Shown in pieces: positions 1-12,017 of a stretch of DNA of 64,000 nucleotides. Source of the stretch: Dicyema japonicum (lineage: Eukaryota; Animalia; Dicyemida); the NCBI GenBank assembly GCA_011109175.1, contig RDEW01000010.1, positions 1-64,000 of the forward strand, given 5' to 3'. The position numbers and the translations under genes were made by a program. Under the pieces are notes generated by a model that worked only from the letters and a program-made list of their open reading frames with translations, ran no database searches and was not told the DNA's origin. Within the stretch, counting starts at the first letter, position 1, and the number at the start of each line of letters is the position of its first letter.

Positions 1-269
1 TTGCTCAATGCCTGCAGGCCGTAATGAGACCTCATTTAGCAAGGAAATCTCTGCTCAGTAACCTTAACCATCTATAAACAGTAGTAAAACACCCCTGTCC
101 ATAAATGGGAGACATCTAAATAGCAGTCACTGAACATTTGAAGTCAATTAGTTTAACCAAATGCGACATATTCCCCAAAATAAAAGTAACCAGACAATTC
201 AAGGTATAATACATAAAATAATCCTTAAGAAACCAGACAAAAAAGAAATCCAAAAATCCGATAACTAAG

Positions 270-1219
270 CTATTTTTCCTCAAGAAGTGTGTATCGTCCA
301 TCAGACTTTGATGACCAAAGATTTCTCAGTTTTGCAACATTAAACCGAACAAACCATGAGCAAAGGTCGTCTCATAAACAAAATCACAAATATCACTGCA
401 AGCATCACGACAAAAAATCCCAACACACGGTTCATACTGAACTTAAATATCTTATTAATCTTCTCTAGCAGTTCAGCATTCTCTACAATTAGCTAAATTT
501 ATGCCTTCCGATGATTTCACTCCGTCATTCTTAGGATTATTCTGAGGATTCTCAACACCCTTCTCTTTATTTGACGAATCCTCTTTTGGCTTCACTCCGA
601 CATTCTTCTGATTTCCTTTATGCGGTGAATTATCTTTGGGGGTTGTATGACATTTTGTTGCGCGTTGGGCTGATGATCACTGGGATTTTTGTTGGAATTC
701 TCACTATTAGGAGGATTTTTGTTGGGATCTTTAACTTCTACGACTTTATTTAGAGCACGTGGTATATTTTTATGATTATCATCATTTACATGACCATGGT
801 CATATGGATGGTACTTTGAGTTGTGCATGGGAGAGTTCAACTTCTTAGGGTCAGTCTTGTTTCAACAAGCGAATCTTCGTGAAGGTTACTGCCACTTTCC
901 CGATTCAGATCAGACAACGGTCTCTTACTCGTTTTTTGCGGACCCTTATTATCAGGATTGGCCATTTCTTTATTATTACGAAGTGTCATGATTATTCGAT
1001 CATTTTTTGAATTTTTTCCTTTTTCATCGATTTCCCTTTTGACCTTCTGATTTAGGTTAAGCTCACTTGAGTAAGTTTAAGATTGCTACCGGATTTTGTC
1101 CAGGATTTGAGACTCATATGACAAATGACTTGGATGCTCCTCAGAACTACCGTAAGTTAATAGAAACCCTTATTGATCATTAAATAGTCCTTACCGACAA
1201 ATGGCACCAACATTATCAT
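270..1219 (-). CDS. Spliced type I membrane protein (signal peptide, low-complexity N/K/D/P-rich luminal region, one TM helix, probable cytoplasmic YxxL); TGN38/TGN46-like architecture
   Basis: Manual splice gives MIMLVPFVG|FLLTYGSSEEHPSH...DKIR|ELNLNQKVKREIDEK..., then the low-complexity ORF 592-840, a GC-AG intron at 483-504, TM VLGFFVVMLAVIFVILF and tail ...SKSDGRYTLLEEK*. Needs 2-3 single-base corrections and the last junction is ambiguous. Confidence 0.5.
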
Positions 1220-1369
1220 TGAATGATGTCAAATATTTGCATAAATTATTTATTATTTTAATGTTGGAAATTATATTAATGTTTAATTATTATATTACTT
1301 AAAATATATAAACGTCAACACATTGTAATTTTAACTATTATTATAATATTTTTTGCCTATAAATAATAT

Positions 1370-4060
1370 TACAGACTCTTCTGAACAGAATCTGACAATC
1401 TTCCTATCCACTTTGCCCATTATGCCTTCTCGACTACCAGAATACGGGCCACGAATATCGAAGAAACTGGATACGTTTTACTCTACTCTCACAAGTGTGT
1501 ACAAACTCACTTTCATCCTTTTACTTTCTTTTTGTCGCCGGGGACTGGAACGCCAGGGCCGGAAAAGCAAGACCTGGTGAAACGTGTATTGGATCCCACG
1601 GTAGAAACCGCCGTAACATCCCCGGAGAGGCATTAATACAATTTTGCACGGCATTCAACCTACTCATATGCAAACACTTGTTTCAAGCACCCGGCAAGAC
1701 ACAGGACCACGTGGTTGGTACCAGAAAAGGCAAATCTGGAAACACAGTCAATATAATACAATCAGATCGACTATATTATCTGCAAGCAACATCAGAAGGC
1801 CCTCCTACAGGACTCGAGATCTTACGGTGGACTTGAAACAAGTAGCGATCATAAACTTGTGGTCGCCCGGCTAGTACTTAAAAGAATCCATGGAACACGG
1901 GAATCACAAAGGCCTTTACCTCAGTACGTTTCGACACTGAGAGGTTACGCTACGAAGAATCCACCAAATGTCGTTACAGTGCAGTTCTGAGAGATAGCAT
2001 CAACAGTATTAACCAAATCAGCCGACAAACAGCTTATGGGATGAAATAGTGGTTGCTATCCAAAACACAGCCTTTAGTGTGCTTGGTCACATCACCTAAT
2101 CTCGTCACAAACAATGTAATCCGGATATCGGACAACTCTCTGTAACACAGAAAAAGCTCAGACTCCGGATGGAAAACACAAACGCTCCGGAAGATATCAA
2201 AGTACTGCGCACCCAGAGAGGGAGAGTCTTAACGAAGATCAAACAAATACAAAGATTCCTTGCCAAAAAATGAAGCTGAGGAGAAAATCTCAGACATATT
2301 AAAGTACAAGAACGGACCAAGAATGTTCAAAGCAATCCGGCTTCTTAGCAGAGAAAACTGTCCAATTTCGTTAACTGTCCATGACAACCTTGGTCACGAC
2401 GTTACCGGGACCATTAACAAAGCAAACGTTCTGGCATCTCATTTTGACCTTATGTTCAACAAACAGGACGCGGCTGACCAAGCAATGAAATCTCGGAGGC
2501 CTTACAAGTACACTCTAACTAGCCCTCTTACCATATCCGAAACTCAACAAGCTATTAAAAAATTAAATACCGGAAGATCTGCCAGACCAGACTTCATTAC
2601 TGCAGAACTTTTACAATACGGCCCGGAGGAGCTAATTGAAATGATTACTAACATTTTCAACCGGTCTCTCGAGGGTGCAGATGAACTGGAACTGGGAAAA
2701 GGGTGGCTAATTCCACTACAAAAACCGGGAAAAAGTAAAGGCCCCCCTCACAACTTCAGACCTATTATACTCCTAACCTCCATACGAAAAACATTATCCC
2801 TCATTGCTTTAAACCGAATAAAGGAGAGGGTGAACATATTTCTTTCGGACGGCCAAAGTGGATTCCGGACGGGCAGGTCCACGGCTGACGTGGTATGGGG
2901 GCACAGGTGGTATTGTGCCCTGTGCCAAAAATACAAAAAATCTATTGAGATACTTGGTATCGACATGTCCCGTGCGTTCGACTCGGTGGACCGTGGAAAA
3001 CTTATGGAAGTGTTGGAGAGTTTTCTACTGCCTGACGATGTCAAAATAATACACTTACTCATGCGGAACACTCAACTTGCCGTCAAAATTGGTGACTCTA
3101 CCTCTAACTTTTTTTCGACCTCACGTGGAGTTCCACAGGGGGACTCACTATCCCCGGTCCTCTTTATTGTCTACCTTGAGGCCGCACTAAGAGAGTTCAG
3201 ACCCCTGGTTGGCAACAATTATAACGAGATAATCTACGCGGACGACCTGGACTTTGTTTCTGAGGATATTCAAGTACTTCAACACATGCTTAACGTTCTT
3301 CCACACGTATTCTCGAAATGGTTCTTAACCGTTAACACCGATAAAACAGAGTTCACAACACTTACACGCAATGATCGAAGATCGGACGAGTCTTGGAGAA
3401 AGCAAAAGAAGGTGGGTTCGCTTCTCGGGGACTCAGAAGATGTTTCTCGGAGGAAAATCCTCGCAATGTGTGCACTAAAGAAAGTATCGAATATGTGGGG
3501 TCATAAGAAGAGGATGGGATTAAACACCAAACTCAGAATATATAAGGCTTTTGTCATCCCCGTCCTGACCTACAATTCAGGCACTTGGGGAATCTCTAAA
3601 CAAGAGATGGACCGTCTTGACGCTTTCCACAGGACACAATTGAAATCAGTAATCAAGATCAAGTGGCCTAAGAAGATCTCAAACAATGACCTCTACTCGA
3701 AGTGCAAATCTGGTATACTATCCGAGGAGATCTTCAGATCAAGATGGAGTCTCTTTGGACATATCTTACGTCTAAATGCTCAAGTACCCGCGAATATCGC
3801 CATGGAAAACTACCTAATGCATACGGGAGCCGGTTTCCGTGGAAGACCAAGAGTCACACTCCCAACTATTTTGAATGGAGACCTGTCGGCTGTGGGACTG
3901 AAGCTCACTTCCGCAGACGACCTAGATACCTTAAGGGAACTGGCACGAAGTAGAGGGTCCTGGAAAAGGCTGATAGAGAGGATGGCTAGAAATACGGCAC
4001 AAGGGAGGCTTGATTAATTTTATGACTTCTCGGGAGTGCTTTAAATAAAAATAATAAATA
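1370..4060 (+). mobile_element. RTE-type non-LTR retrotransposon (frameshifted APE remnants, intact RT region, TAA-rich tail)
   Basis: APE motifs AGDWNAR and SDHKLV upstream; RT ORF 2260-4017; C-terminal GRPRVTLP...RGSWKRLI typical of RTE; A/TAA-rich tail at about 4042-4063. Confidence 0.9.
2260..4017 (+). CDS. Reverse transcriptase (RTE-type LINE ORF, C-terminal 585 aa)
   Basis: FRPIILL, QSGFRTGRST, IDMSRAFDSV, GVPQGDSLSP and YADD motifs in one open frame. Confidence 0.92.
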   Translation: MPKNEAEEKISDILKYKNGPRMFKAIRLLSRENCPISLTVHDNLGHDVTGTINKANVLASHFDLMFNKQDAADQAMKSRRPYKYTLTSPLTISETQQAIKKLNTGRSARPDFITAELLQYGPEELIEMITNIFNRSLEGADELELGKGWLIPLQKPGKSKGPPHNFRPIILLTSIRKTLSLIALNRIKERVNIFLSDGQSGFRTGRSTADVVWGHRWYCALCQKYKKSIEILGIDMSRAFDSVDRGKLMEVLESFLLPDDVKIIHLLMRNTQLAVKIGDSTSNFFSTSRGVPQGDSLSPVLFIVYLEAALREFRPLVGNNYNEIIYADDLDFVSEDIQVLQHMLNVLPHVFSKWFLTVNTDKTEFTTLTRNDRRSDESWRKQKKVGSLLGDSEDVSRRKILAMCALKKVSNMWGHKKRMGLNTKLRIYKAFVIPVLTYNSGTWGISKQEMDRLDAFHRTQLKSVIKIKWPKKISNNDLYSKCKSGILSEEIFRSRWSLFGHILRLNAQVPANIAMENYLMHTGAGFRGRPRVTLPTILNGDLSAVGLKLTSADDLDTLRELARSRGSWKRLIERMARNTAQGRLD

Positions 4061-4280
4061 ATAAAGCGATTAAGCGTGCAAAGGGTCGAAAATAGAAGAG
4101 GTCGAAGGATCGGTCCCTTGTTCCCTCAAAAACATAAAATTTATTTTGAGTCAATAAAGCGATTAAGCGTGCTAAGGGTCGAAAATAGAAGAGGTCGAAG
4201 GATCGGTCCCTTGCTCCCACAAAAAACAAATAATTTTATTTTGAGTCAATAAAGCGATTAAGCGTAAAAAGGGTTGAAAA
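4061..4280. repeat. Tandem repeat, 93-95 bp unit, about 2.3 copies
   Basis: ATAAAGCGATTAAGCGT begins at 4061, 4154 and 4249; the first two units are nearly identical. Confidence 0.9.
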
Positions 4281-4289
4281 AGAGTTTTG

Positions 4290-4810
4290 TAACACTGAAG
4301 TTTCAGCATTATTATGTGATCGGGGGATAACGGCGATTCATGGTATACCAAAACATTCTCAATCACAAGGGCAGGTGGAACGCTATAATCAAACGCTAAA
4401 GTGTTGTTTAGCGAAAACTCTATTTCAATCCAAATCTAATAATTGGGTTGACATATTGAAAACTACTCTGTTTATGAATATAAAATTTCTATTCTTCGTG
4501 CTACTGGAAAGTTACCTTTCAGGTTAGCTTTATAAATTTTATTTTTAGACTATTATTTGGAACTTCGGGATTCAACACTGTTTCTGTGTCTGACAATAAA
4601 ATGATCGAATTACCAGCCCAAAGATCTGAACATTTTTCAGATGATAAAATTCAAGAAACTTGTTTTCTGTCAGAAATCTAATTAGATCATCAAACATCAG
4701 AACATTTTGAAAATTATTAAAGAAAAGTGAAAGAAAACGCGAATAAAAATTTTCAAAAAAATCATGTCTAAATAGACGATACTGTTTTCATCAAATAAGA
4801 TTTTGAATCC
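4290..4810 (+). mobile_element. Degenerate Ginger/Gypsy-type integrase fragment containing a 26-nt intron
   Basis: IHGIPKHSQSQGQVERYNQTLK...ATGKLPFR|LLFG; removing GT..AG 4523-4548 restores the TGxxPFxLLFG integrase motif. Confidence 0.7.
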
Positions 4811-5229
4811 AGGGTTAAAAATGTCGATCATTCAATAACGGTTCCATTTCGGGTCCATATAAAGGTTCCATTGATTCTGTTAGAGCCATTCTTATTCGTT
4901 AGCATACGTTCTTTCACTCATATTCAAAGATCTGGCATACTTCACGAATGTCAAGTCACTAGGACATCCCAAGTGAGTACAATCGTGACAATTTTGACCT
5001 CTGCGTGGTGTATCAACTCTAACACTTTGGAAGAAACTTTTAGTTAGCATAAATAACTTTTTAGTTAGCAAAAGAAATGATTTCCACTTTTCAATTTTTC
5101 CATTTATATTCTCTTTCCAATTTGATAGCTCATTTTTTTAATTGAAAAAAATGAGAAAAATTAGGGTCAAAAGACGGAGAATTAAATTTAAAAACCGATA
5201 CAACATCATCAACAGGGTCCTGGGCCAAA

Positions 5230-7380
5230 TCAGGATGGAAAATGTCTTATAAAGTAAATGGAATCAGGAGAATTGAAAATTTTGACGTCAGCAGAAATAA
5301 ATCACTATGCAACTTATAGTGGTGATAAACTTGGATTATTAATAATGCCTCTGACGATGAGTGAAATGTGTGATCCTCCATATATCGAAAATGACATAGG
5401 AAGTGACCACATCCCACAAACGATTGAATTAAAAACTGGTCCGGTTTACACACGACATTTATTCATTGGATATGATGTCAGCAAAATTGATTGGAATCAC
5501 TTCAATTTCTACATCAGGCTGAAAATTGGTAATGTTTGTGATTTGGGGATTTCGAAACCAGCATTCTGGATACCAAAATAAGATCTTTGTTGTTAAGTTA
5601 TCTGGAAAATTATGGGAAAAAATCTGTTGCCGCAGGAGAATATGATAATAGGAGTAGAAGAACGCTCTTTGCGTCAGGAGAAGAATAAGTTAGAAAATAA
5701 ATTAAAGAGGTGTTGGGCTCTCAAAAACTTAAAATGCAGATCAAGTTAGTGAAGAAGAAAATAATGGAAATTGTAAAGAAGAATGAAGAAAAAGTATGGA
5801 AAAGAGAATGTTCAAAGTTACGTCGACAGAATCCAAAATTTTGGAAACTATATGCAAGAATGAATTCTCCCAGTAATAATAATGAAGAAATATCTCTCAA
5901 GTCAGATGATGGTCTCACTATTCCAAAAAAAGAAATTCCAAATGTTTTACGTCGACAATTGTCCAAAATTCAAGAGATAGATCCGGCATCTTTTATTCCG
6001 ATAGAAGTACAACATACAAGAAGTAGTTATAAAGAAAAGTCGAAACTGAGTGGTCCCTTGTGTCATCCTATAACGCTGGAAGAAATAAATGCTGCAATTA
6101 AGGGTTGCAAAAATAAAGCACCAGGGTGGGATTTTATCCCAATGAGTATTTTCAAGAACGCAGGCCCAATTTTAATTGAGTGCCTAAAAATATTATATAA
6201 TTCTTCTTGGAGTTTTGGTCATGTTCCAGCTTATTGGAAACGAACAATTGTACGCATGGTTGTGAAAAAAAAGCCAAGGTCAAAAGCAGATAGGCCAATT
6301 AGCCTAGTCTGCTCAATATCGAAAGTTATGGAAAAAATTGTTTTCAATCGTCTATCAAGGCATGTTGAGAAATAATTTTCTCTCTGATAATCAACTGGGA
6401 TTTCGGCATAAAAAAGGGACTGGAGATTGCTTTAAAGAGCTAAGATCTGCAATCGAAATTTCACGAAATAAAAATGAATTTCTTACAATAGCATATTTGG
6501 ATATAACAAAAGCGTTTGACAGTGTTTGGCACTTTGGACTTGTTGATACGTTGTCAAAAGCAGAAATTGGGAAAACTGCGTTATTATGGATAGAAAACTT
6601 TCAAAAAGAAAGTCATATATACGTGTTGGAAATTTAATTTCAAAGAAAATTGAATTGCGAAGAGTTCCACAGGGTTCAATTCTCAGCCCGCTACTCTTCA
6701 ATTGCGTAATGAGAGATTTGCCGAAAACAGAGAGCGTAAATAGTCAAATGATTATTTATGCTGATGACATTCTTGTGCTTGATTCAAGCATGAATAAACA
6801 AATTTCATGGAAAAGGGTGGAATCCCATATTACTAAGATTGGAAAGTGGTGCCAAAACAATGGGTTGACTCTATCGAGGGAAAAAACAACAGTCACTTGG
6901 ATTGCAAGTAAAAGAAAAAATATTAATCAATGTGTGAATACTGGGGATATAAAAATCTCTGAAACATTGAAGTATCTCGGATTGTTGATAGACCGAAGAG
7001 GATCTTTCAAGGAACATATTAAAACACGAAGAAAGAAAGCTACAGGAATGTTGAAATCTTTAATTCGATTTCATTTGGAGCCTGAAACTTTTCTTTTTGT
7101 GTATTCGGCGTGTGTTGAACCATTCTTGATATATGGTTATCAAGAATGGTTTAGAACAAAAGAAAGTGATGTCTTTGTCAAAAAATTGGAAAAGTCCAGA
7201 AGATTTGCGATTAAATTGGCATATGGACTGGACTTAAAATCCAATATCGAAGAGGATTACGACCTGAAAGTCAGAAAGATAGAAAAATTATTACATCACT
7301 TATGGAAAATGTGATGTAATTTTTGGGGTCCAAACGATGTAGAGACATGTGGTGTCTCATAAAATGACCCTACACGATGA
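5230..7380 (+). mobile_element. Frameshifted APE-RT LINE (Jockey/I-like)
   Basis: SDHIP (end of APE), KAPGWDFI, RPISLVCSISKVMEK, LDITKAFDSV, VPQGSILSPLLFN and YADDI spread over ORFs 5258, 5710, 6338 and 6586. Confidence 0.88.
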
Positions 7381-7819
7381 ATACAAACCCACTTAATCAG
7401 GTTTTGGTTTCTTAACAGTAATTAGTTTTGGGTTTTTTAGAAAATAAAATTTGTCTTGTCTTGCGAATTTGCTTTAAAGTAACCTTAAATCTCGGTTCTT
7501 TTCCTTGGGGATTTAACATCTCCACTTTAATCCGGGATTTTTATTACTTTTCTATTTTCTTTGGGAATATAACTTCCCTCTATCTTGTTTCTCTTGAGAC
7601 CAGACTTAGTGGTTGTTAATGTTTTCAAGTGATAAAATTGTGTTATCAACCCGGGCAGTATCAATGCCCCGGGTTCTTATGACATACGACATTTATTAAC
7701 CCTGGATTCACCGAGAAAGAAGTTAAATTAAACAACTAATTAAGTGTATCCAGTTTCCACTTCTACAGAAACAGAGTCCATCCGGAATCAACATAAAGGG
7801 TAAAAGACGTCCATACTTG

Positions 7820-7960
7820 CAGTTGTGGAAACCCCTCCAGTAAAGTGGGGGATAACAAATGATCCTTTTTCGTGCCGGCCTGGCACTGGCCGCCACCTGG
7901 ACAGGTATGATGTCACTCTAATAGGAAGAAAAGGGAGAAACAGACAAACAAACATATAAC
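7820..7960 (+). repeat. Dispersed repeat, second copy at about 58840-58960; probable retroelement end
   Basis: ACCCCTCCAGT...GATCTTTTTCGTGCC...CCTGGCACTGG...ACCTG...ACAGGT...TCACTC is shared by both loci. Confidence 0.6.
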
Positions 7961-8129
7961 TTAAATCAATTAACCACGCGCAGCAACAAATAAGGTAATT
8001 TTTAGAACCGATCACAATTAATATTATAATTTGTTATGCATAATTAATTTACTTAATAAAACTTTTATATTTACTTAATGGAATTTAATATTTAAAATTA
8101 CAATATAATTCTATTAATTCCCGCCACAT

Positions 8130-8320
8130 ACCTTTGAAAAAACCCAGGCCTCTCAAAATTCTCATGAAAGAGGAACGTAGTGAATTCATAAAAGCTGTGA
8201 GTATTATGGAGAAGCACAGCAAAACCTCCCTATCCCCTTGAGGTCTACCGGGATCACTTAATTAGATGGTTTAAATCCTTTTTTCTTGGTGTTCTTTTTT
8301 TCGCGGTTAGATAATAATTA
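8130..8320 (+). repeat. Probable LINE 3'-end fragment with TAA tail; inverted copy at 17870-18055
   Basis: CTCATGAA..GAATTCAT..AAAGCTGTG..GGAGAAGCACAGCAAAACC..GGGATCACTTAATTA..TTAGATAATAAT matches the reverse complement of 17870-18055. Confidence 0.7.
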
Positions 8321-8516
8321 ATCCCCGACGAGAATTATCTCTCACGATAGCATGGAGATCAATGGGGAGGCAACTGGGTTTTACAGACGCCATAGGTTCT
8401 GTGCTCATACTTCCTAGTTTCTTGAGAAAAGAAAATTTTTGGTTTTTTAACAAACTTTAAAAATGAAAAAATTATAAAATTAATTTAAATTATTTGTAAT
8501 TTAATAATTTTATTTA

Positions 8517-10590
8517 ATGACATCTATCGTTCATGGTTGTTTGATTATTAATAATCCTTCAGAAACTCTATTACCCCCACTACCAGAAACTGTTAGGGGT
8601 ATTCCAATTGTGATGTGTGCCTTTTCAAATGAATTTATGTACTGCAATAACAAATATGTTGTTATCAGAGATATACTGGCATCATTTACTAGTTATATTA
8701 GAATCCAGAGATCAGCAGAATTTACAATGGCCATAAACACAATGTCAGTTCAGTGAGGGTTTCTCCAAATGGAAACTTTGTGGCTTCTGGGGGTTATTAT
8801 TTAATATTAATTAAAGATAAGAGTGGTAAAGTTAATATTTGGAGTATTAATCCTGATGAGTTTATTACAAAGTACGAACATGCTATACTATCTGGTCCAA
8901 TTAGGGACATTGCCTGGACAAACAACAATGATAAGCTTGTGGCTGTAGGAGGGTCATCATCTCCGTACTTCTTGTAAATTATATTAGATTTGCTCATTTT
9001 TTCCGTGTTGACAGTTCAAATCATATTGCCAACGTGAGTTACTGCAGTAAGCAAATCAATTCAGTGGATTTGTCGCCAGTAAACCCTCTTCGATGCTGCA
9101 TGGGATGTGAAGATCAGCGAGTATACTTCCTGTATGGTCCTAAATTGGATAAAATGATTGAACTTAAGGTTATCGTTTAATTTAAATGACAGAATCACTC
9201 TAGTTTCGTACAATGTAGTCGATTTACACCAGATGGTAGTGTTTTCATCACTGGGGGATCAGACTCTAAGGTCTTTGTTTTCAATGGAGAAAGTGGAACA
9301 TATTTAAGAGCTTACTCCCTCACATAAAGGTGGGATTTACGCGGTTGTTTTTGATTTGAATGTGAGGTTGCTCCATCCTCTGATTCTCGACAAGTTCTTA
9401 CAGCCTCAGGTGATAAGACTGCTGCCATCTATGACATTGAGACTGGGCAACAGGTTCAGACTTTCAGAATGGGCACTGGAATAGAGGATATGCAGTTGGG
9501 ATGTCTTTGGCACGAAAATAACCTTATTTCTATATCCTTATCTGGCTTCATTAACTACTTGGATCCAAAAGGTGGTTCAAATCCATGCAAAGTTATTCAA
9601 GTTAATTATTTATATTATTTAAGGGACATAAATGTTCATTCAATTCTTCATTTTTGTCAAATGATAGTATTTATATGAGCAGTTACGATGGAAGAATATG
9701 TATTGTAATTACTGATTATAGCTAAATATGACATTTCTGACAATAAAACAACTGTCATTTCTCATAATAAGGAACTCAATGTTCACTCATTGGTTAAATC
9801 ATCTGACTCTGTCCTGTCATTCTCACTCGATAACTTTGTTCGATCATTCAATATGAAAACTTTTAAATGGAAGTTTATTATTTTTATATTTCAAGTGACT
9901 GGTATTATTCATTACCTTCACGAGGGCTCTCATCAGCATCTGAAGAAGAATCTGTAGTTATTGGTTGTGATGATTGCGTTTGATTATCTATTTACCTTAG
10001 ATTGTTTTCATGCGCTCACTATCAGTTATAGCCACTTTGTCAGTTCCTGAATCTGCAAAGTATTGTGATATAAGTCTCACTGCAGGACATTTGGTCGCTA
10101 CACATTCTGTTTTGTTGTAAATTTATTTGTAGAAAACTGTTGTGTATAAGATTCCAAGTGATGACAAGTTTGAGTCTATAAAGACACTCCCTACTAAGCT
10201 TAGTTGTCTAAAGTACTCTCCTGATGGAAAATATTTGGCTGGTGCCAATGACAAAGTACTCGAGATTTTTTGTACTTCTGAATATACTGTGTATTTTTAA
10301 GGTTACTGCTATTAGAAAATAGGAATGGGGGTTATGGAAATTCTTCAAATATTCAAAGTATAGCATGGTCCCCTAACTGCATGATGGTGATGACTTGCTC
10401 TATTTGCTCGTCAATTAAAATATGGAAGTTGGGGAATATTCAACCTTTTATTAATCTTGAGAGTACTTTTGTATGTTTATGAATAGGAGCACACTATACG
10501 AGTCCTTTAGTGTCTGCCTTTTTTATTTCTAATGAAAAGGTGGCCTCCTTTGGATTGGATGGTTGTGTTAATCTCTGGACTATCAAATAG
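8517..10590 (+). CDS. WDR1: WD repeat protein 1 / actin-interacting protein 1 (13 micro-introns of 22-27 nt)
   Basis: Spliced protein ...LPPLPETVRG...VIRDIL|NPEISRIYNGH...FVASG|DKSGKVNIW...GPIRDIAW...HKGGIYA|...TASGDKT...DMQLGCLW...SISLSGFINYLD...NLWTIK* matches WDR1/AIP1 throughout. Two indels are needed (about 9308 and 10327). Confidence 0.93.
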
Positions 10591-10869
10591 ATCATCAATA
10601 GTACTAACTTAAAGGAATTGGATATTTTTGTTTTAAGGATTTTCGTTATATTTATTTTACTGTTAGTCATTTTTTAGTTTACGATTTTGTACAACATTAC
10701 CGCAATTAGCAATACAACCACGTAGCTAAGTTGTGTCAAAAAGGAGATTTGAAGGTTTTTTCCAGTATTGTTTTTGTACGAACAATTCTTCTTACCTACA
10801 AATAAACATGGATTGCTATTTGAGCTGTTTATATATTTCTTACACTTAGTCATCCTCATTAAATTATTA

Positions 10870-11340
10870 TTAGTTTCACGACTGGAAAACTTCCTGTCTG
10901 AACGGCATAAGAGAGATATGCTTGGCGAACAGCAGGTCGTGATGACGATTGCTTCCAAATGGAGTTCCGCCTGGTTCTCCACAAAGTTCCAAACCATTGT
11001 TCCTGCTATAGAATATGCCTGTACTTCATGTAAGTATGCAGTCTTTGAACATAATCAGCTCTTTACATATGAAGACTCTACGCCTTTTACGGAGTCGACG
11101 ATACGAAGGAATGGGTGCGGAATCCTCCAGTTATGTCGAGAGCCAGGGAATCCACCATGTTCATCCGTATTACGATCTAAAAATGAATGATCCTTTCTTA
11201 GACATCCGTCCTCCATCGATTTCACAAACGGAAATACTTTCGGGAATCCTTCGATGAGCATGGAGTCGGTAAAAACTATCAACCGATTTGCAGGAACACA
11301 AAAAAATAATCCCAGAATATCCTAATGGCTCTTGCAAATC
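10870..11340 (+). mobile_element. Internally deleted LINE RT/3' fragment
   Basis: ENFLSER and a shifted PNGVP RT remnant; nucleotide similarity to minus-strand copies at 22780-22865 and 27870-28140. Confidence 0.65.
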
Positions 11341-11389
11341 CTTGACCTTACGATCGTGAATAGTAACAACATTTTGTTTAATAAAAAAA

Positions 11390-12017
11390 TCAGAATTTAG
11401 AATTCCACAACCCATCGCCCATAAAATGCACAAGTTCTATAGCAATGCCTTTATTGAGGACAATTCTAAAATATAAACAAAATCAAACACATCCCGACTG
11501 CTCATTTTAGTCCGTCCAATGGCTATAGCATTCTCCTTCCCGTCCACTGTTATTGACTATTATGATAATTTAAAAATATACAACAACTTCCCCGGCCATA
11601 ACATCGGAAAGACCTCCCCGTCAGAAGTAAGTCCAGGACACATAACATTTGCAGCACCGAGAATGAAAGAGACCGCAACATCAACACGCATTTCTGGGAG
11701 AGAGAATGGATCTCTTAATAAATGAATAATACATTTATGGAGAGTACGCAAAGTTGGATATATTTTGTCCCTTATACGAAAAAACAAATGTTCTCCATTT
11801 TCACCCACGATTAGTTCCACGTGGTTTGAACACTTTATTAATTTGGCTTTGGATTTCTTGTGAAGAAAAATCTCAACAATTTCAGTGAGTCTAGGGTATG
11901 ATTTTATAAGCTGTTCTCTTATTGATTTTAATGCAGTAGAACCCGCAATGTTGGAACTAACAACAGCCTCACTTGGATTGTACCTGACAAATCAATCGTA
12001 TATTACTTTTTAAACAT
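11390..12017 (-). CDS. MCTS1: Malignant T-cell-amplified sequence 1 (MCT-1/Tma20, PUA-domain translation factor); 4 micro-introns
   Basis: MFKK|YNPSE...HLFFRIRDKIYPTLRTLHK|YPFSLP...ANVMCPGLTS...EVV|SITVDGKENAIAIGRTKMS..|IVLNKGIAIELVHFMGDGLW. Introns are 23, 21, 25 and 22 nt; one G is missing in a run near 11617. Confidence 0.93.

Noticed and set aside
4061-4280. CRISPR array or tandem hammerhead ribozymes
   Set aside because: Whole units are repeated without variable spacers, and no CUGANGA/GAAA core occurs on either strand.
10674-11725. Short overlapping ORFs as independent genes
   Set aside because: They are explained by a LINE relic and by antisense or alternative frames of MCTS1. The same applies to most 60-130-aa ORFs overlapping TEs elsewhere in the window.
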